Positions 48,962 through 58,782 of a stretch of 64,000 nucleotides of DNA are shown here, one piece after another. A program made the position numbers and the translations under genes. Source of the DNA: Candidatus Latescibacterota bacterium (GTDB lineage Bacteria > Latescibacterota > 4484-107). The stretch lies in the NCBI GenBank assembly GCA_043804415.1, contig JAZDJA010000297.1:3911-67910 (forward strand). The letters are read 5' to 3'. Under the pieces are notes generated by a model that had not been told where the DNA came from, made no database searches, and saw nothing but the letters and a program-made list of their open reading frames with translations. How positions within the stretch are numbered: the stretch's first letter is position 1; the number at the start of each line of letters is the position of its first letter.

Positions 48962-49642
48962 ATGGCCACACAATCGCAGTCGGTGGGAGGGGGAATCGGT
49001 CAGCAGATCGTGCTGCCGTTGAGCAAGGCCGTGGAGATCAGTGCAAAGAGTCTGAAGATTCGCCTGGGGCGCTCGTTGATTACGATGAGTGGGATTATCC
49101 TGGCGATAGCCTTTCTGATGTCCATCTGGACGTCCAGCGCGATCGTGGATGGTCTGCGGGCCGCAGACGATGCAAACATCAATCTGTTGCTCCAGCGGAA
49201 GGGGATCGAGACCGGTTCGGATGCCATGGGTGAGGAGCGCGCGAAGAATACCTGGCTGGTGGTGCTGTCGCTTATGGTGTGTGTGGTGGGCATTGTCAAT
49301 TCGATGCTGATGTCGGTGACGGAGCGCTTCCGCGAGATCGGGACGATGAAGTGTCTGGGGGCCTTGGATTCCTTTATAATTAAGTTATTTGTGCTGGAGT
49401 CCTCGTTTCAAGGCACAGTGGGGACCGTGATCGGGGTGATCATCGGTTTGCTGCTGACGATTCTGATGTCCATGGGAAGCTACGGAACGTTGATCTTTGA
49501 TCATTTCCCCGGGGTGGATATCCTCAAGTGGGGTGCGCTTTCCATTGTGATTGGCTCGTTTCTTTCGGTCATTGGAGCGATCTATCCCTCCTATACCGCA
49601 GCCCGGATGGAACCGGTGGATGCGATGCGCGTGGATCAATAG
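48962..49642 (+). CDS. ABC transporter permease, short FtsX-family (4 transmembrane segments)
   Basis: From the ATG at 48962 the product is MATQSQSVGG.... The FtsX/MacB C-terminal signature TERFREIGTMKCLGA is present and the C-terminus is ...AARMEPVDAMRVDQ. It is followed by a cognate ATPase. Confidence 0.7.
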   Translation: MATQSQSVGGGIGQQIVLPLSKAVEISAKSLKIRLGRSLITMSGIILAIAFLMSIWTSSAIVDGLRAADDANINLLLQRKGIETGSDAMGEERAKNTWLVVLSLMVCVVGIVNSMLMSVTERFREIGTMKCLGALDSFIIKLFVLESSFQGTVGTVIGVIIGLLLTILMSMGSYGTLIFDHFPGVDILKWGALSIVIGSFLSVIGAIYPSYTAARMEPVDAMRVDQ

Positions 49643-49724
49643 TCATCAGTCATTTGTCATTCGTCATTAGGGAGTGCGGTGGGGCACTGAAGGTCTGATG
49701 ACCCATGACCAAAAGGAGTGGGGC

Positions 49725-50462
49725 ATGGCGGAACAAACGGTTGTGCGGACGCAGGATGTGAAGAAGATGTACCGGATGGGGGAGATGGAACTGGAGGCCC
49801 TTAAAGGGGTTAGTGTGGAGATTTTCGCGGGGGAGTATATCTCGATCATGGGGCCCTCGGGTTCTGGGAAGACGACGTTGTTCAACATGGTGGGCGGGTT
49901 GGATAAGCCGTCGTCCGGGAAAGTGTATATTGACGAGGTGGATGTGGCGCAGTTGGATGCGTATGAGCTGGCGTGGCTGCGGTGTCGAAAAATCGGATAT
50001 ATCTTTCAGACGTTCAATCTCATTCCGGTGATGACCGCACTGGAGAATGTGACCCTTCCGATGGTATTTGCCGGGCTGACGAGCGACGAGGCGCGGGACA
50101 AAGGGGCCGATCTGCTCGATCGCGTGGGGCTCGGGGAGCGGATCATGCATAAGCCATACGAGCTCTCCGGGGGACAGCAGCAACGGGTGGCTGTGGCCCG
50201 GGCGATGGCCAATGATCCGGCCATTCTCTTGGCTGATGAGCCCACAGGGAATCTGGATCTGGCTACGGGAACGGAGATTATCAATCTGCTGAGAGAGGTG
50301 AACGAGGTGTCCGGGGTGACGGTGATCTCGGCAACACACGATCACAAGATGCTCAACGTGTCCGATCGGGTGGTATGGATTCGGGATGGCAGGCTGGATC
50401 GAATCATCAAGCGCGAAGATCTCAGAATTGAAGTAGGGACGATAGACGGGAAGACGGACTAG
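49725..50462 (+). CDS. ABC transporter ATP-binding protein (FtsE/LolD/MacB-like)
   Basis: The ATG at 49725 has an AAAGGAGTGG ribosome-binding site. Walker A (GPSGSGKTT), the signature (LSGGQQQRVAVARA) and Walker B (ILLADEPTGNLD) are present. Confidence 0.85.
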   Translation: MAEQTVVRTQDVKKMYRMGEMELEALKGVSVEIFAGEYISIMGPSGSGKTTLFNMVGGLDKPSSGKVYIDEVDVAQLDAYELAWLRCRKIGYIFQTFNLIPVMTALENVTLPMVFAGLTSDEARDKGADLLDRVGLGERIMHKPYELSGGQQQRVAVARAMANDPAILLADEPTGNLDLATGTEIINLLREVNEVSGVTVISATHDHKMLNVSDRVVWIRDGRLDRIIKREDLRIEVGTIDGKTD

Positions 50463-50616
50463 ATCATTCTCCATGCAAGTCACCCAGTGAAAGACAATGA
50501 GGATTCGTGGACAAAGGGCTATATTCCCTATTCGCTGTCTTCTTTTGAGTTCCATGGTGAGGCATCTTTCCCGCCAAACGGTGACAACCATGAAGTTTCC
50601 TTGCACTCGATGTGCC

Positions 50617-50648
50617 AAGCCCAACAGAACTCCTTGTTGGGCTTTCTT
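50617..50648 (+). terminator. Rho-independent terminator after the ABC transporter pair
   Basis: The sequence is AAGCCCAACA-gaactcc-TGTTGGGCTT followed by TTCTTG. That is a perfect 10 bp GC-rich stem with a U-rich tail. Confidence 0.6.
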
Positions 50649-50830
50649 GCGGCAGAATAGAGAATCTCGCCAGCCTCATGCGAAAGCCATGTAGCGGGCG
50701 AAGGTCTTCTGAAATTGTGCGAATAGAACACCAGCAATACTCCTGTGATCCCTGGTCCATCCGATGTCAGATGGCCAAGACCATTCCTGTTCTATGGTGT
50801 CCTATTCCATCTCTTTGTCTCAAGGATAAA

Positions 50831-51520
50831 ATGGAACTGAAAATCAAAGATATTGTCGATCTATTGCAGGTGTCTGAAAAAACGGTATACCGCTGGATCA
50901 AGGAGAAGAAGATTCCCTGTTACCGCATTCATCATCATTACCACTTCAATCGTGCAGAAGTAAATGAGTGGATCATGAGCAATGGGATCGGATTATCGAC
51001 CCAATTGCTGAATCTACCCCTGACTGGAAGGCCGACCCATCTTACTGACCTGCTCCTGCATGGCGGAGTCTACACGGGTATTACCGGAAATACGATTCGG
51101 GATGTTCTGCACAACGCCATCGAATCCATTGATACCCCTCAGGATATGGATAAGGAAGACATTATTTCAGCATTGCTGAATCGTGAAGAACTGATGTCCA
51201 CGGCCATCGGAAACGGTATAGCCATTCCACATCCCCGTAAGCCGTTGATCACCAATGTCAAGGATGCCAGTGTGTCTATCTGTTTCTTAGCAGAAGGGGT
51301 GAATTTTGGTGCACTGGACGGACATCCGGTACATACGCTATTCCTGCTGTTAACGTGCAGCCCCAGGAGACACCTGGAAGTATTATCCAAAATATCTTAT
51401 CTGTGCCAGATGGATGATTTTCGGTCTATGCTTGAACGTCGTGCTTCAGCACAGGAAATAAGTGATTTTGTTCAGGGGAAAGAACGGTCATGGCAGCAGA
51501 AGGAGTTGGCTGAGCGATGA
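50831..51520 (+). CDS. Fusion regulator: N-terminal excisionase/MerR-like HTH plus C-terminal PTS EIIA (PtsN/EIIA-Ntr-like) domain
   Basis: The product begins MELKIKDIVDLLQVSEKTVYRWIKEKKIPCYRIHHHYHFNRAEVNEWI (an HTH_17-like module). The C-terminus contains ...STAIGNGIAIPHPRKPL... (EIIA-2 phospho-histidine loop). Its stop overlaps the next gene start (ATGA at 51517-51520). Confidence 0.75.
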   Translation: MELKIKDIVDLLQVSEKTVYRWIKEKKIPCYRIHHHYHFNRAEVNEWIMSNGIGLSTQLLNLPLTGRPTHLTDLLLHGGVYTGITGNTIRDVLHNAIESIDTPQDMDKEDIISALLNREELMSTAIGNGIAIPHPRKPLITNVKDASVSICFLAEGVNFGALDGHPVHTLFLLLTCSPRRHLEVLSKISYLCQMDDFRSMLERRASAQEISDFVQGKERSWQQKELAER

Positions 51521-53493
51521 ATCTACTACTTATTGGGGTTGCCTTATTTTTCGCAGCTGGATTGGTAGCCATCCCTTTGCCACAAAAGAGAAAGGGAATA
51601 GCGTATGTCAGCTTCGCTGCATCAGCGCAGATTTTCATTCTGCCGTTGGTGATAAAGGCATTGTTGGGAAGCCCGACACTGAATTTGTCCGTTCATTTTT
51701 CCGGACCCATTGGAGATGTAACTCTGCTACTGGATCCACTTGCTGCTTTCTTCATGTTTTTCATCTCGCTCGGCGGATTGCTTGCTGGTATCTATTCGCT
51801 CGGCTATATGAAAATGTATCAAGATAGTGATCGTCATTCTCTTTCCACTTATTACTTTTTCATGGGCTTGTTGGTTGTTGCCATGCTTCTCGTTGTCATC
51901 GTACAGAATGCCCTGTTCTTTTTGATCGTCTGGGAAATCATGTCACTGGCATCCTTCTTTCTGGTCAGTTTTGAACACCAGAAAGAAGAAGTGCGAAAAG
52001 CAGGACTCTATTATCTGATCGCCATGCAAATTGGCGCAGCAGCGCTGCTTGTTGCTTTCGGCTGGAGCACTGTATTGACTGGCAGCATGGATTTTGGTGC
52101 ACTATCCACACTGAGTCCGGCAGCAGCCACGTTTGTTTTCATTTTGTTCTTTATCGGTTTTGGCACTAAAGCTGGTTTTGTTCCCCTGCATACCTGGCTC
52201 CCGCTGGCACATCCGGCGGCGCCGACTGCTGTGTCTGCCATGATGTCCGGCGTGATGATCAAAACTGGAATTTACGGCATTTTGCGGATCATTTTGATCA
52301 TCGGTGTTCCCAGCCCTTGGCTCGCGTATCTGGTTTTTGGAATTGCGCTGCTTTCCGGTCTTCTGGGAGTCATACACGCCATAGCTCAACACGATTTGAA
52401 GAAGCTACTTGCCTACCATAGCATCGAAAATATCGGCATTATTGGTTTGGGGATTGGCGTGGGCATGCTGGGAATAATAAGTGGGCGAGCACTCATTGCG
52501 GTCGCAGGTTTCCTGGGCGCGCTGTTGCATGTATTCAATCATTTTACGTTCAAAAGTTTGCTCTTCTATGGAGCCGGAATAATCTACTCAAAAACGCACA
52601 CGCGAAATATCGATCAATTGGGCGGATTGGTTCGCGTTCTGCCTTACACGGCCGCGCTTTTTCTGATTGGCTCACTGGCCATCAGCGGGCTTCCACTCCT
52701 AAGCGGTTTTGTCAGCGAATTTGCCGTCTATTTCGGAATGGCTCAGAGCCTGTCTGAGCATAATATATATCTTAATGTGACAGCTGGAATCGGCCTTGCT
52801 GGACTGGCTCTTATCGGTACCATGGCTGCATTATGTTTCACCAAAGTGTTCAGCATATGCTTTCTTGGCAATCCACGAACGAGTTGGCAGGGCACCCCTT
52901 CCGAAGCTTCATCGACCATGCTGGCGCCCATGATTGTACTGGCGAGTTTCATAGTTTTCATCGGGTTGTTCACCCCGCTGATCCTTCCATTTCTCTCCGG
53001 GGTGGTGAAGCAATTCTGTCATGAATCTTTCTATCCCGCATGGAATGAAATTCTGGATATCTTTCTGGAGATCAATGGTGCGCTATTGATTTTCGGGGGA
53101 CTCATTCTATTCTTTATAGGATTGCGCTGGATGTTGTTACGTAACAAAACGGTCGCTCTATTCAAAACATGGGATTGTGGTTACCAGGCTCAAAGCAGCC
53201 GCATTCAATATACTGCCAGCTCATTTGCCTGCTCCTTTCTGAGGTTGGCGGCCAACATAGTGCCGCAGAAGAAGCATATCGTTCGTCCGCAGGGGTTGTT
53301 TCCGACACAGGCGCTCTATGAGAGCCATAGCGACGACCTGATTGCGCGCTGGATGATTCGACCGCTTGTCGGCCTGTTACACTATTTTCTCGGGCTGCTA
53401 TCGTGGATTCAGAGCGGACATACCCAACAATACATTCTTTATGGTCTGGTCTTTCTGGTTATGCTCGTCATCTGGGTTATCGGAGTCCGCTAA
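51517..53493 (+). CDS. NuoL/MnhA-type antiporter-like membrane subunit (HyfB/HycC-like)
   Basis: The 658 aa polytopic product contains the motif HTWLPLAHPAAPTAVSAMMSGVMIKTGIYG, shared by complex I NuoL/M/N and hydrogenase-3/4 membrane subunits. Confidence 0.8.
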   Translation: MNLLLIGVALFFAAGLVAIPLPQKRKGIAYVSFAASAQIFILPLVIKALLGSPTLNLSVHFSGPIGDVTLLLDPLAAFFMFFISLGGLLAGIYSLGYMKMYQDSDRHSLSTYYFFMGLLVVAMLLVVIVQNALFFLIVWEIMSLASFFLVSFEHQKEEVRKAGLYYLIAMQIGAAALLVAFGWSTVLTGSMDFGALSTLSPAAATFVFILFFIGFGTKAGFVPLHTWLPLAHPAAPTAVSAMMSGVMIKTGIYGILRIILIIGVPSPWLAYLVFGIALLSGLLGVIHAIAQHDLKKLLAYHSIENIGIIGLGIGVGMLGIISGRALIAVAGFLGALLHVFNHFTFKSLLFYGAGIIYSKTHTRNIDQLGGLVRVLPYTAALFLIGSLAISGLPLLSGFVSEFAVYFGMAQSLSEHNIYLNVTAGIGLAGLALIGTMAALCFTKVFSICFLGNPRTSWQGTPSEASSTMLAPMIVLASFIVFIGLFTPLILPFLSGVVKQFCHESFYPAWNEILDIFLEINGALLIFGGLILFFIGLRWMLLRNKTVALFKTWDCGYQAQSSRIQYTASSFACSFLRLAANIVPQKKHIVRPQGLFPTQALYESHSDDLIARWMIRPLVGLLHYFLGLLSWIQSGHTQQYILYGLVFLVMLVIWVIGVR

Positions 53494-54410
53494 TGCAAAA
53501 AGGAATCTGTCTACTCATCATCTTGATGGTCCCGTTTGTCTTTACAGGCCTGATAAACCGGGTAAAAGCGCTTTGGGCGGGACGCAGAGGCGCTCCATTG
53601 TGGCAGCCATTCTACGATTTCAGGAAACTGCTGAGAAAAGGGGACGTGCTCAGCAAAACAACCTCATTTGTGTTTCGCCTCAGTCCGTCACTGAATATTG
53701 CAGCCGTTATTTTTGTCGCCCTGATCATCCCATTGCCACAGCAAAAAGCCATAATCAGCTTTCCCGCTGATTTCGTACTGTTCGCTTACACGCTGGGACT
53801 GGCAAGATTCATGCTAGTCCTTTCTGCGATGGATACAGGCAGTCCGTTTGAAGGCATGGGAGCTGCCCGTGAAGTTACCTTCTCCAACATCGTTGAGCCT
53901 GCTTTCTTCGTGCTGATCGGTTCTCTGGCGCTGATTACCGGACAGACTTCATTTGAATCTATTTTTGCGCAACTGAATACCAGCGCCCGCTATACGGTGC
54001 TTGTGAAATCGCTCTGCCTGGCGTCCCTGTTTGTCATGCTGCTAACCGAAGGATCGCGGTCGCCGGTGGACGATCCCAACACCCATCTGGAACTGACCAT
54101 GATTCACGAAGTGATGATCCTCGATTATTCGGGTCCTGATCTGGCATTTATGCAGTATGCCTCCGGTCTGAAAATGGTGGTCATCACCGCCCTGATGGCC
54201 AATCTGTTCGCACCCTCAGGAGTCGGAGCGCTATATGGTATCATGATTTTTCTGATCGTGCTGGCTGGGGTCGCGGTGGCTATAGGATGGGTCGAATCTT
54301 TTTTCGCCAGGCTGAGAATGTCGCATGTTCCCCAGTTTATTTTTATGATGGTGGCCTTGTCGGTAACTCTCTTTGCCGTAGTAATATTTTTTCTGTACGG
54401 AGGGAATTAA
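53493..54410 (+). CDS. NuoH/HycD-like membrane subunit (formate hydrogenlyase subunit 4-like)
   Basis: From the ATG at 53493 (a TAATG overlap with the upstream gene) the product contains RRGAPLWQPFYDFRKLL and LDTGSPFEGMGAAREV, matching the HycD/NuoH signature regions. It is 305 aa. Confidence 0.8.
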   Translation: MQKGICLLIILMVPFVFTGLINRVKALWAGRRGAPLWQPFYDFRKLLRKGDVLSKTTSFVFRLSPSLNIAAVIFVALIIPLPQQKAIISFPADFVLFAYTLGLARFMLVLSAMDTGSPFEGMGAAREVTFSNIVEPAFFVLIGSLALITGQTSFESIFAQLNTSARYTVLVKSLCLASLFVMLLTEGSRSPVDDPNTHLELTMIHEVMILDYSGPDLAFMQYASGLKMVVITALMANLFAPSGVGALYGIMIFLIVLAGVAVAIGWVESFFARLRMSHVPQFIFMMVALSVTLFAVVIFFLYGGN

Positions 54411-55045
54411 TGGCTGACGTTGTGATCATTCTGCTTGGTACCGGTATGTTTTATGTTTTCGCAGCCAGCCGTATTGAAGCCTTCATTAAGACACTGGCAT
54501 TACAGGGGATGCTACTATTTCTGCTTGTCATTATCGATCTTCGCGAAATCAACTGGCTCAACATCGCTTTTTTGGTTTTGGAAACGCTGGTCATCAAATC
54601 AACGGTGATTCCCTTGTTTCTGTTGAATGCGATTCGTCGTAACGAGATCGACCGTGAAGTGGAGCCGTATGTATCGCAGTTCTATTCGCTGATGATCGGC
54701 AGTATCATTTTTATTTTCGGATTTGTCGTCGCTTTCTGGGCTGCTCGCGTGGAACCAGGCATACATCCGCTCTATTTTGGTGTGTCTATAGCGCTGATCA
54801 TTGCCAGTCTGTTTCTTATTGTTACCCGCAAACGCATTATCACCCATATTCTCTGCTTCATGATGCTGGAGAACGGGATCTTTCTGCTATCCCTATCCGT
54901 TGCCCATGAGATGCCTATGCTGGTTAATCTGGGTGTATTGCTTGACCTCTTTGTAGGCCTATTCCTGTTGGTGATCTTTTTCAACAAAATACAATTGATG
55001 TTTGATGGCAGCCATATCGATGTATTGACTCAATTGAAGGATTGA
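54410..55045 (+). CDS. HyfE-like small polytopic membrane subunit
   Basis: The ATG at 54410 overlaps the upstream stop (TAATG). The product is about 211 aa with six transmembrane segments. Its position and size match hydrogenase-4 component E. Confidence 0.6.
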   Translation: MADVVIILLGTGMFYVFAASRIEAFIKTLALQGMLLFLLVIIDLREINWLNIAFLVLETLVIKSTVIPLFLLNAIRRNEIDREVEPYVSQFYSLMIGSIIFIFGFVVAFWAARVEPGIHPLYFGVSIALIIASLFLIVTRKRIITHILCFMMLENGIFLLSLSVAHEMPMLVNLGVLLDLFVGLFLLVIFFNKIQLMFDGSHIDVLTQLKD

Positions 55046-55047
55046 AC

Positions 55048-56478
55048 ATGTTCATTCTGATGCTATTTGCACCCGTTGTTTTGGCTGCGCTCGTCATGTT
55101 CTGGCAGAACCGGTTTGTGATTCGTCTTTCACTTCTGGCCGCCGCCGCTCTCTACCTTCTTGCGGCTTTCGGCTGGGGGTTCGACTTCATTCACAAGGAG
55201 GTGGATGGTTGGCTGTCCAATTATTTTCAGATTGATGCCATTGGTCTTTTCTTTCTGACCATTATGGCGCTGGTATTCGCCGGAACGGCCATTTACAGCC
55301 TGTTCTTCTTTAAGGAGACCGGTACAGGTGTTCCTCAGGAAGCGCGCTACGTAGCTTCTATGCTCCTATTTGTGGATGCTATGGCGGGGGTCATATTAGC
55401 CAGCCATCTGGGGCTATTGTGGGTTTTTGTGGAAGCGACAACCCTGACCAGCGCCGTGCTGATCTATTTTGAAAAGAAAAAATCATCCTTGGAAGCGGCC
55501 TGGAAATACGTGTTTATCTGCTCAGTGGGTATAGCCATGGCCTTTGTTGGGATCATCATTTTGTCAATGGGCAGCAGAAGCATCGGCACACTCTTTTTCA
55601 CCGATCTGTATCAACGTGCCTACGAAATCAATCCATTTTGGCTTAAAATGGCATTTGCCTTTATTCTGGTCGGCTTTGGCACCAAAGTCGGTATAGCGCC
55701 GATTCATGCCTGGCTGCCAGACGCCCATTCCGAGGCTCCTTCCCCAGTATCCGCTTTGCTTTCAGGCACTCTGCTGAACACCGCTTTTCTGGGTTTAATA
55801 CGCGTGCAGGAGATCATGATTCAGGCTAGACTCGATTCCTTTTCAAATCTGCTATTGCTCATTACCGGATTTCTATCATTATTGATCAGCGCTGTATTTA
55901 TGCTGGGTACCGTCAATTACAAGCGGATGCTGGCCTATTCCTCCATTGAGAACATGGGGATTCTGTTTATCGGCATTGCCATGGGTAAGACGGGCATCTA
56001 TGCCGCCATGCTCCACACGGTGGCGCACTCGCTCTCCAAGTCATCCCTGTTTCTCACATCGGGGAATATTCTGCACCTGTATGGAAGCAAAAAAATTTCT
56101 GATGTGAAAGGGCTGCTGCATCGGGAACCGCTTACTGGTTGGCTCTGGATCGTATCTTTGCTGGCGATTATCGGACTGCCACCGTTTCCATCATTTCTGA
56201 GTAAATTTCTATTGATCACAGCTTTTTTCGAAGCGGGTCAGGGCTGGTTGGCTGTTCCCTTCTTTCTGTTTGTCGCAGTGATTATCTATGGCATGGGGGG
56301 AGCAATATTCCGCATGTCATTCGGTGATCTTCCGCCAGGAACCTGCCTTTCCCCAAAACTGGGCCTGAGCGCCTACATCCCCCAGGTGGTCTTTTTGTTG
56401 GGGTTGGCAGCGATTGGAATCTATATACCGGAACGGGCCCTGGCATTTATTCAGAGCGCCGCCGGATTCTTGAAGTAG
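55048..56478 (+). CDS. NuoN/M-type antiporter-like membrane subunit (HyfF/HyfD-like)
   Basis: The product contains the motif IHAWLPDAHSEAPSPVSALLSGTLLNTAFLGLIR. It is about 476 aa. Its start is adjacent to the upstream TGA. Confidence 0.8.
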   Translation: MFILMLFAPVVLAALVMFWQNRFVIRLSLLAAAALYLLAAFGWGFDFIHKEVDGWLSNYFQIDAIGLFFLTIMALVFAGTAIYSLFFFKETGTGVPQEARYVASMLLFVDAMAGVILASHLGLLWVFVEATTLTSAVLIYFEKKKSSLEAAWKYVFICSVGIAMAFVGIIILSMGSRSIGTLFFTDLYQRAYEINPFWLKMAFAFILVGFGTKVGIAPIHAWLPDAHSEAPSPVSALLSGTLLNTAFLGLIRVQEIMIQARLDSFSNLLLLITGFLSLLISAVFMLGTVNYKRMLAYSSIENMGILFIGIAMGKTGIYAAMLHTVAHSLSKSSLFLTSGNILHLYGSKKISDVKGLLHREPLTGWLWIVSLLAIIGLPPFPSFLSKFLLITAFFEAGQGWLAVPFFLFVAVIIYGMGGAIFRMSFGDLPPGTCLSPKLGLSAYIPQVVFLLGLAAIGIYIPERALAFIQSAAGFLK

Positions 56479-56487
56479 AGGAATAAT

Positions 56488-57978
56488 GTGGTGAATTGGA
56501 CTGAAACAAATAATTTGCAGGCCGTGGATCTGGCGGACATCCCACAACTGCCGATTGATTCATTCCGTTCTCAAATTTTGGAAAGTCTTGCTGCCAAACG
56601 GCGATGTGTACAATTCTTCGGGGATGAGGAGGGAGACAAGGTAATCGTCTACGCAGTGCTGGCTGATCACCATCTTTCCCGACTGTATGTCGCTGCCACT
56701 GTTTTTGACAACGAAAAGAAATATCCCTCGCTTACGCCTCAGGCGCCGTCCATGCACCTGTTCGAACGGGAATTGTTTGAGCAGGTCGAAATCGAACCAC
56801 TAGGACATCCCTGGCTAAAGCCGGTGCGCAAGGGAATTGCCGGTATCCGTGCCACTGAAACGCCCTATCCGTTTTTCCAGATGGATGGTGAGGAGACCCA
56901 TGAGGTGGGTGTGGGACCCATCCACGCCGGCGTCATCGAGCCCGGACATTTTCGCTTTTCCTGTCACGGTGAGGAAGTCTATCATCTTGAAATTGAGCTG
57001 GGATTTGGACACCGCGGCGTGGAGGATCTATTCATTCGCCACCGCGAACGACCGAGCTGTTTGCTTCACTTAGCCGAATCTATTGCCGGTGATACGGTCA
57101 TTGGTCATGGCGGCGCCTTTGTCAGAGCGATGGAATCGTTAAGCGGGATTTCGGTTTCCCGTCGGGCTATGATCGTTCGTACTGTTGCCCTGGAATTGGA
57201 GCGTGTCGGCGTTCATCTCGGCGATCTGTCTGCATTGGCGGGTGACGTGGCGTATCTCACCGGCAATGCGATCTTCGGCGCGCTGCGCACCCGTGCGATC
57301 AATACCAGTATGGCTGTCTGTGGAAGCCGTTTCGGGCGTGGTTTGCTCGCCATCGGTGGAATTCGTTTTGATATTTCCAATGAGCTGAGAAAGACCATTG
57401 AAACCACGCTGTCGGAAGTTGAGGACCAGGTGGAATTGGCTGGCGCAGTGATGTTTTCATCTGCATCAACCATGGAGCGATTTGAGAAAACAGGCGTCGT
57501 TTCCGAATCGACGGCGATCGAAATCGGGATGGTTGGGCCAGCCGCCCGCGCCAGTGGTCGCGCAATGGACGTGCGTGCAGATTTTCCGTTTGGCCCGTAT
57601 AACCAGTTTCCGGTTCATCCAATCACTTACCATACGGGGGATGTGTTCGCCAGGGCCTATATCCGCTATGTCGAGATCAAACAGTCCCTCCGAATCATAA
57701 GAGAGCAGTTGGCCAACCTCAGTGGTCAAACGCTGAAATCTCAGAAGGCCGCCTTGCAGCCCAATCGTCTGGTCGTTTCATTGGCTGAAGGCTGGAGAGG
57801 GGAAATTGCCCATGTCGCAATTACGAACGCTGATGGCAAATTGAGACGCTACAAGATCAAGGACCCCTCATTCCATAACTGGCTGGCCTTGGCGCTTGCG
57901 GTACGCAATGAAGGAATATCTGATTTCCCATTGTGCAACAAAAGCTTCAATCTGTCCTATTGTGGGTTTGACCTATAA
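56488..57978 (+). CDS. Fused NuoC-NuoD-like 'large subunit' (HycE-like) without the canonical [NiFe]-site cysteines
   Basis: The product contains VGVGPIHAGVIEPGHFRF...GFGHRGVEDL. Where group-4 hydrogenases carry E-R-x-C-G-x-C-x-x-x-H, the sequence here is ESIAGDTVIGH. The C-terminus ends DFPLCNKSFNLSYCGFDL and lacks a DPCxxC motif. The start is GTG at 56488 or 56491, after a GAGGAA ribosome-binding site. Confidence 0.8.
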   Translation: MVNWTETNNLQAVDLADIPQLPIDSFRSQILESLAAKRRCVQFFGDEEGDKVIVYAVLADHHLSRLYVAATVFDNEKKYPSLTPQAPSMHLFERELFEQVEIEPLGHPWLKPVRKGIAGIRATETPYPFFQMDGEETHEVGVGPIHAGVIEPGHFRFSCHGEEVYHLEIELGFGHRGVEDLFIRHRERPSCLLHLAESIAGDTVIGHGGAFVRAMESLSGISVSRRAMIVRTVALELERVGVHLGDLSALAGDVAYLTGNAIFGALRTRAINTSMAVCGSRFGRGLLAIGGIRFDISNELRKTIETTLSEVEDQVELAGAVMFSSASTMERFEKTGVVSESTAIEIGMVGPAARASGRAMDVRADFPFGPYNQFPVHPITYHTGDVFARAYIRYVEIKQSLRIIREQLANLSGQTLKSQKAALQPNRLVVSLAEGWRGEIAHVAITNADGKLRRYKIKDPSFHNWLALALAVRNEGISDFPLCNKSFNLSYCGFDL

Positions 57979-57996
57979 ACCTATCAGGAACTCGCC

Positions 57997-58782
57997 ATGT
58001 TTGAGTTGCTCAGAGCTCGCAAAAACCACGGCTTTCAGGCTATACGTGATATTGGTAGTGCCCAGTTGCCATCCCCATTTCGTGGTTTCCCGCTGCTGGA
58101 TGAAAAATGCTGCACAAAGGATTGCGGCGCCTGTGCCGAAGTTTGCCCAACTCATGCCATCCAGCTTAAGCCGCTGCAAATAGATTTGGGTCGCTGTATT
58201 TTCTGCGGCGATTGTGTTCACGAATGTCTCTCCGGCGCCATCGAGTTCTCCTCCCAATATCGCTTGGGCAATATGAGCCGCGATGGGCTGGTTATTCCCT
58301 CAGCGCTGACTCCCGAGCACTACCAAGAAGAAGCCATTGTCGCACGGAAGGAAATCAGGCGCCTCTTCGGCCACTCGCTCAAATTGCGTCAGGTTTCTGC
58401 TGGCGGCTGCAACGGGTGCGAGATGGAACTCGCGGCTGCCGGAAATGTTAATTTTGACATGGGGCGATTCGGTTTTGATTTTGTCGCTTCTCCTCGTCAC
58501 GCAGACGGCCTCGTGATCACGGGCCCGATTTCGAGCAATATGGCTCCGGCGCTTGTGGATGCCTACAATAGTGTCAGTCAACCACGACTGGTCATTGTGG
58601 TTGGTGCCTGCGCAATCAGTGGTGGCGTGTTTGTCGAATCTGATCAACTCCATCGCAGCTTTCTGGACAATGTAGCGATCGATCTCTTTATTCCCGGATG
58701 TCCGACACACCCATTGACCTTTATTAATGCCTTACTCGATCTTCTGGATAGAAAGAAGAACAGAACAGCCAGAACCTCCTGA
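57997..58782 (+). CDS. Fused 2x[4Fe-4S] ferredoxin (HycF/NuoI-like) plus NuoB/HycG-like small subunit
   Basis: The N-terminus carries CCTKDCGACAEVCP...CIFCGDCVHEC, which is two CxxCxxCxxxC(P) ferredoxin motifs. The C-terminus carries SAGGCNGCEMEL...VVGACAISGG...IPGCPTHP (the NuoB cluster-N2-type cysteine pattern). Confidence 0.8.
   Translation: MFELLRARKNHGFQAIRDIGSAQLPSPFRGFPLLDEKCCTKDCGACAEVCPTHAIQLKPLQIDLGRCIFCGDCVHECLSGAIEFSSQYRLGNMSRDGLVIPSALTPEHYQEEAIVARKEIRRLFGHSLKLRQVSAGGCNGCEMELAAAGNVNFDMGRFGFDFVASPRHADGLVITGPISSNMAPALVDAYNSVSQPRLVIVVGACAISGGVFVESDQLHRSFLDNVAIDLFIPGCPTHPLTFINALLDLLDRKKNRTARTS

Noticed and set aside
48195-48971. 258 aa minus-strand ORF in the strand-switch spacer
   Set aside because: Its translation is Arg/Ser/Cys/Pro-rich without motifs. 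It overlaps other junk ORFs in both directions. I treat it as non-coding.
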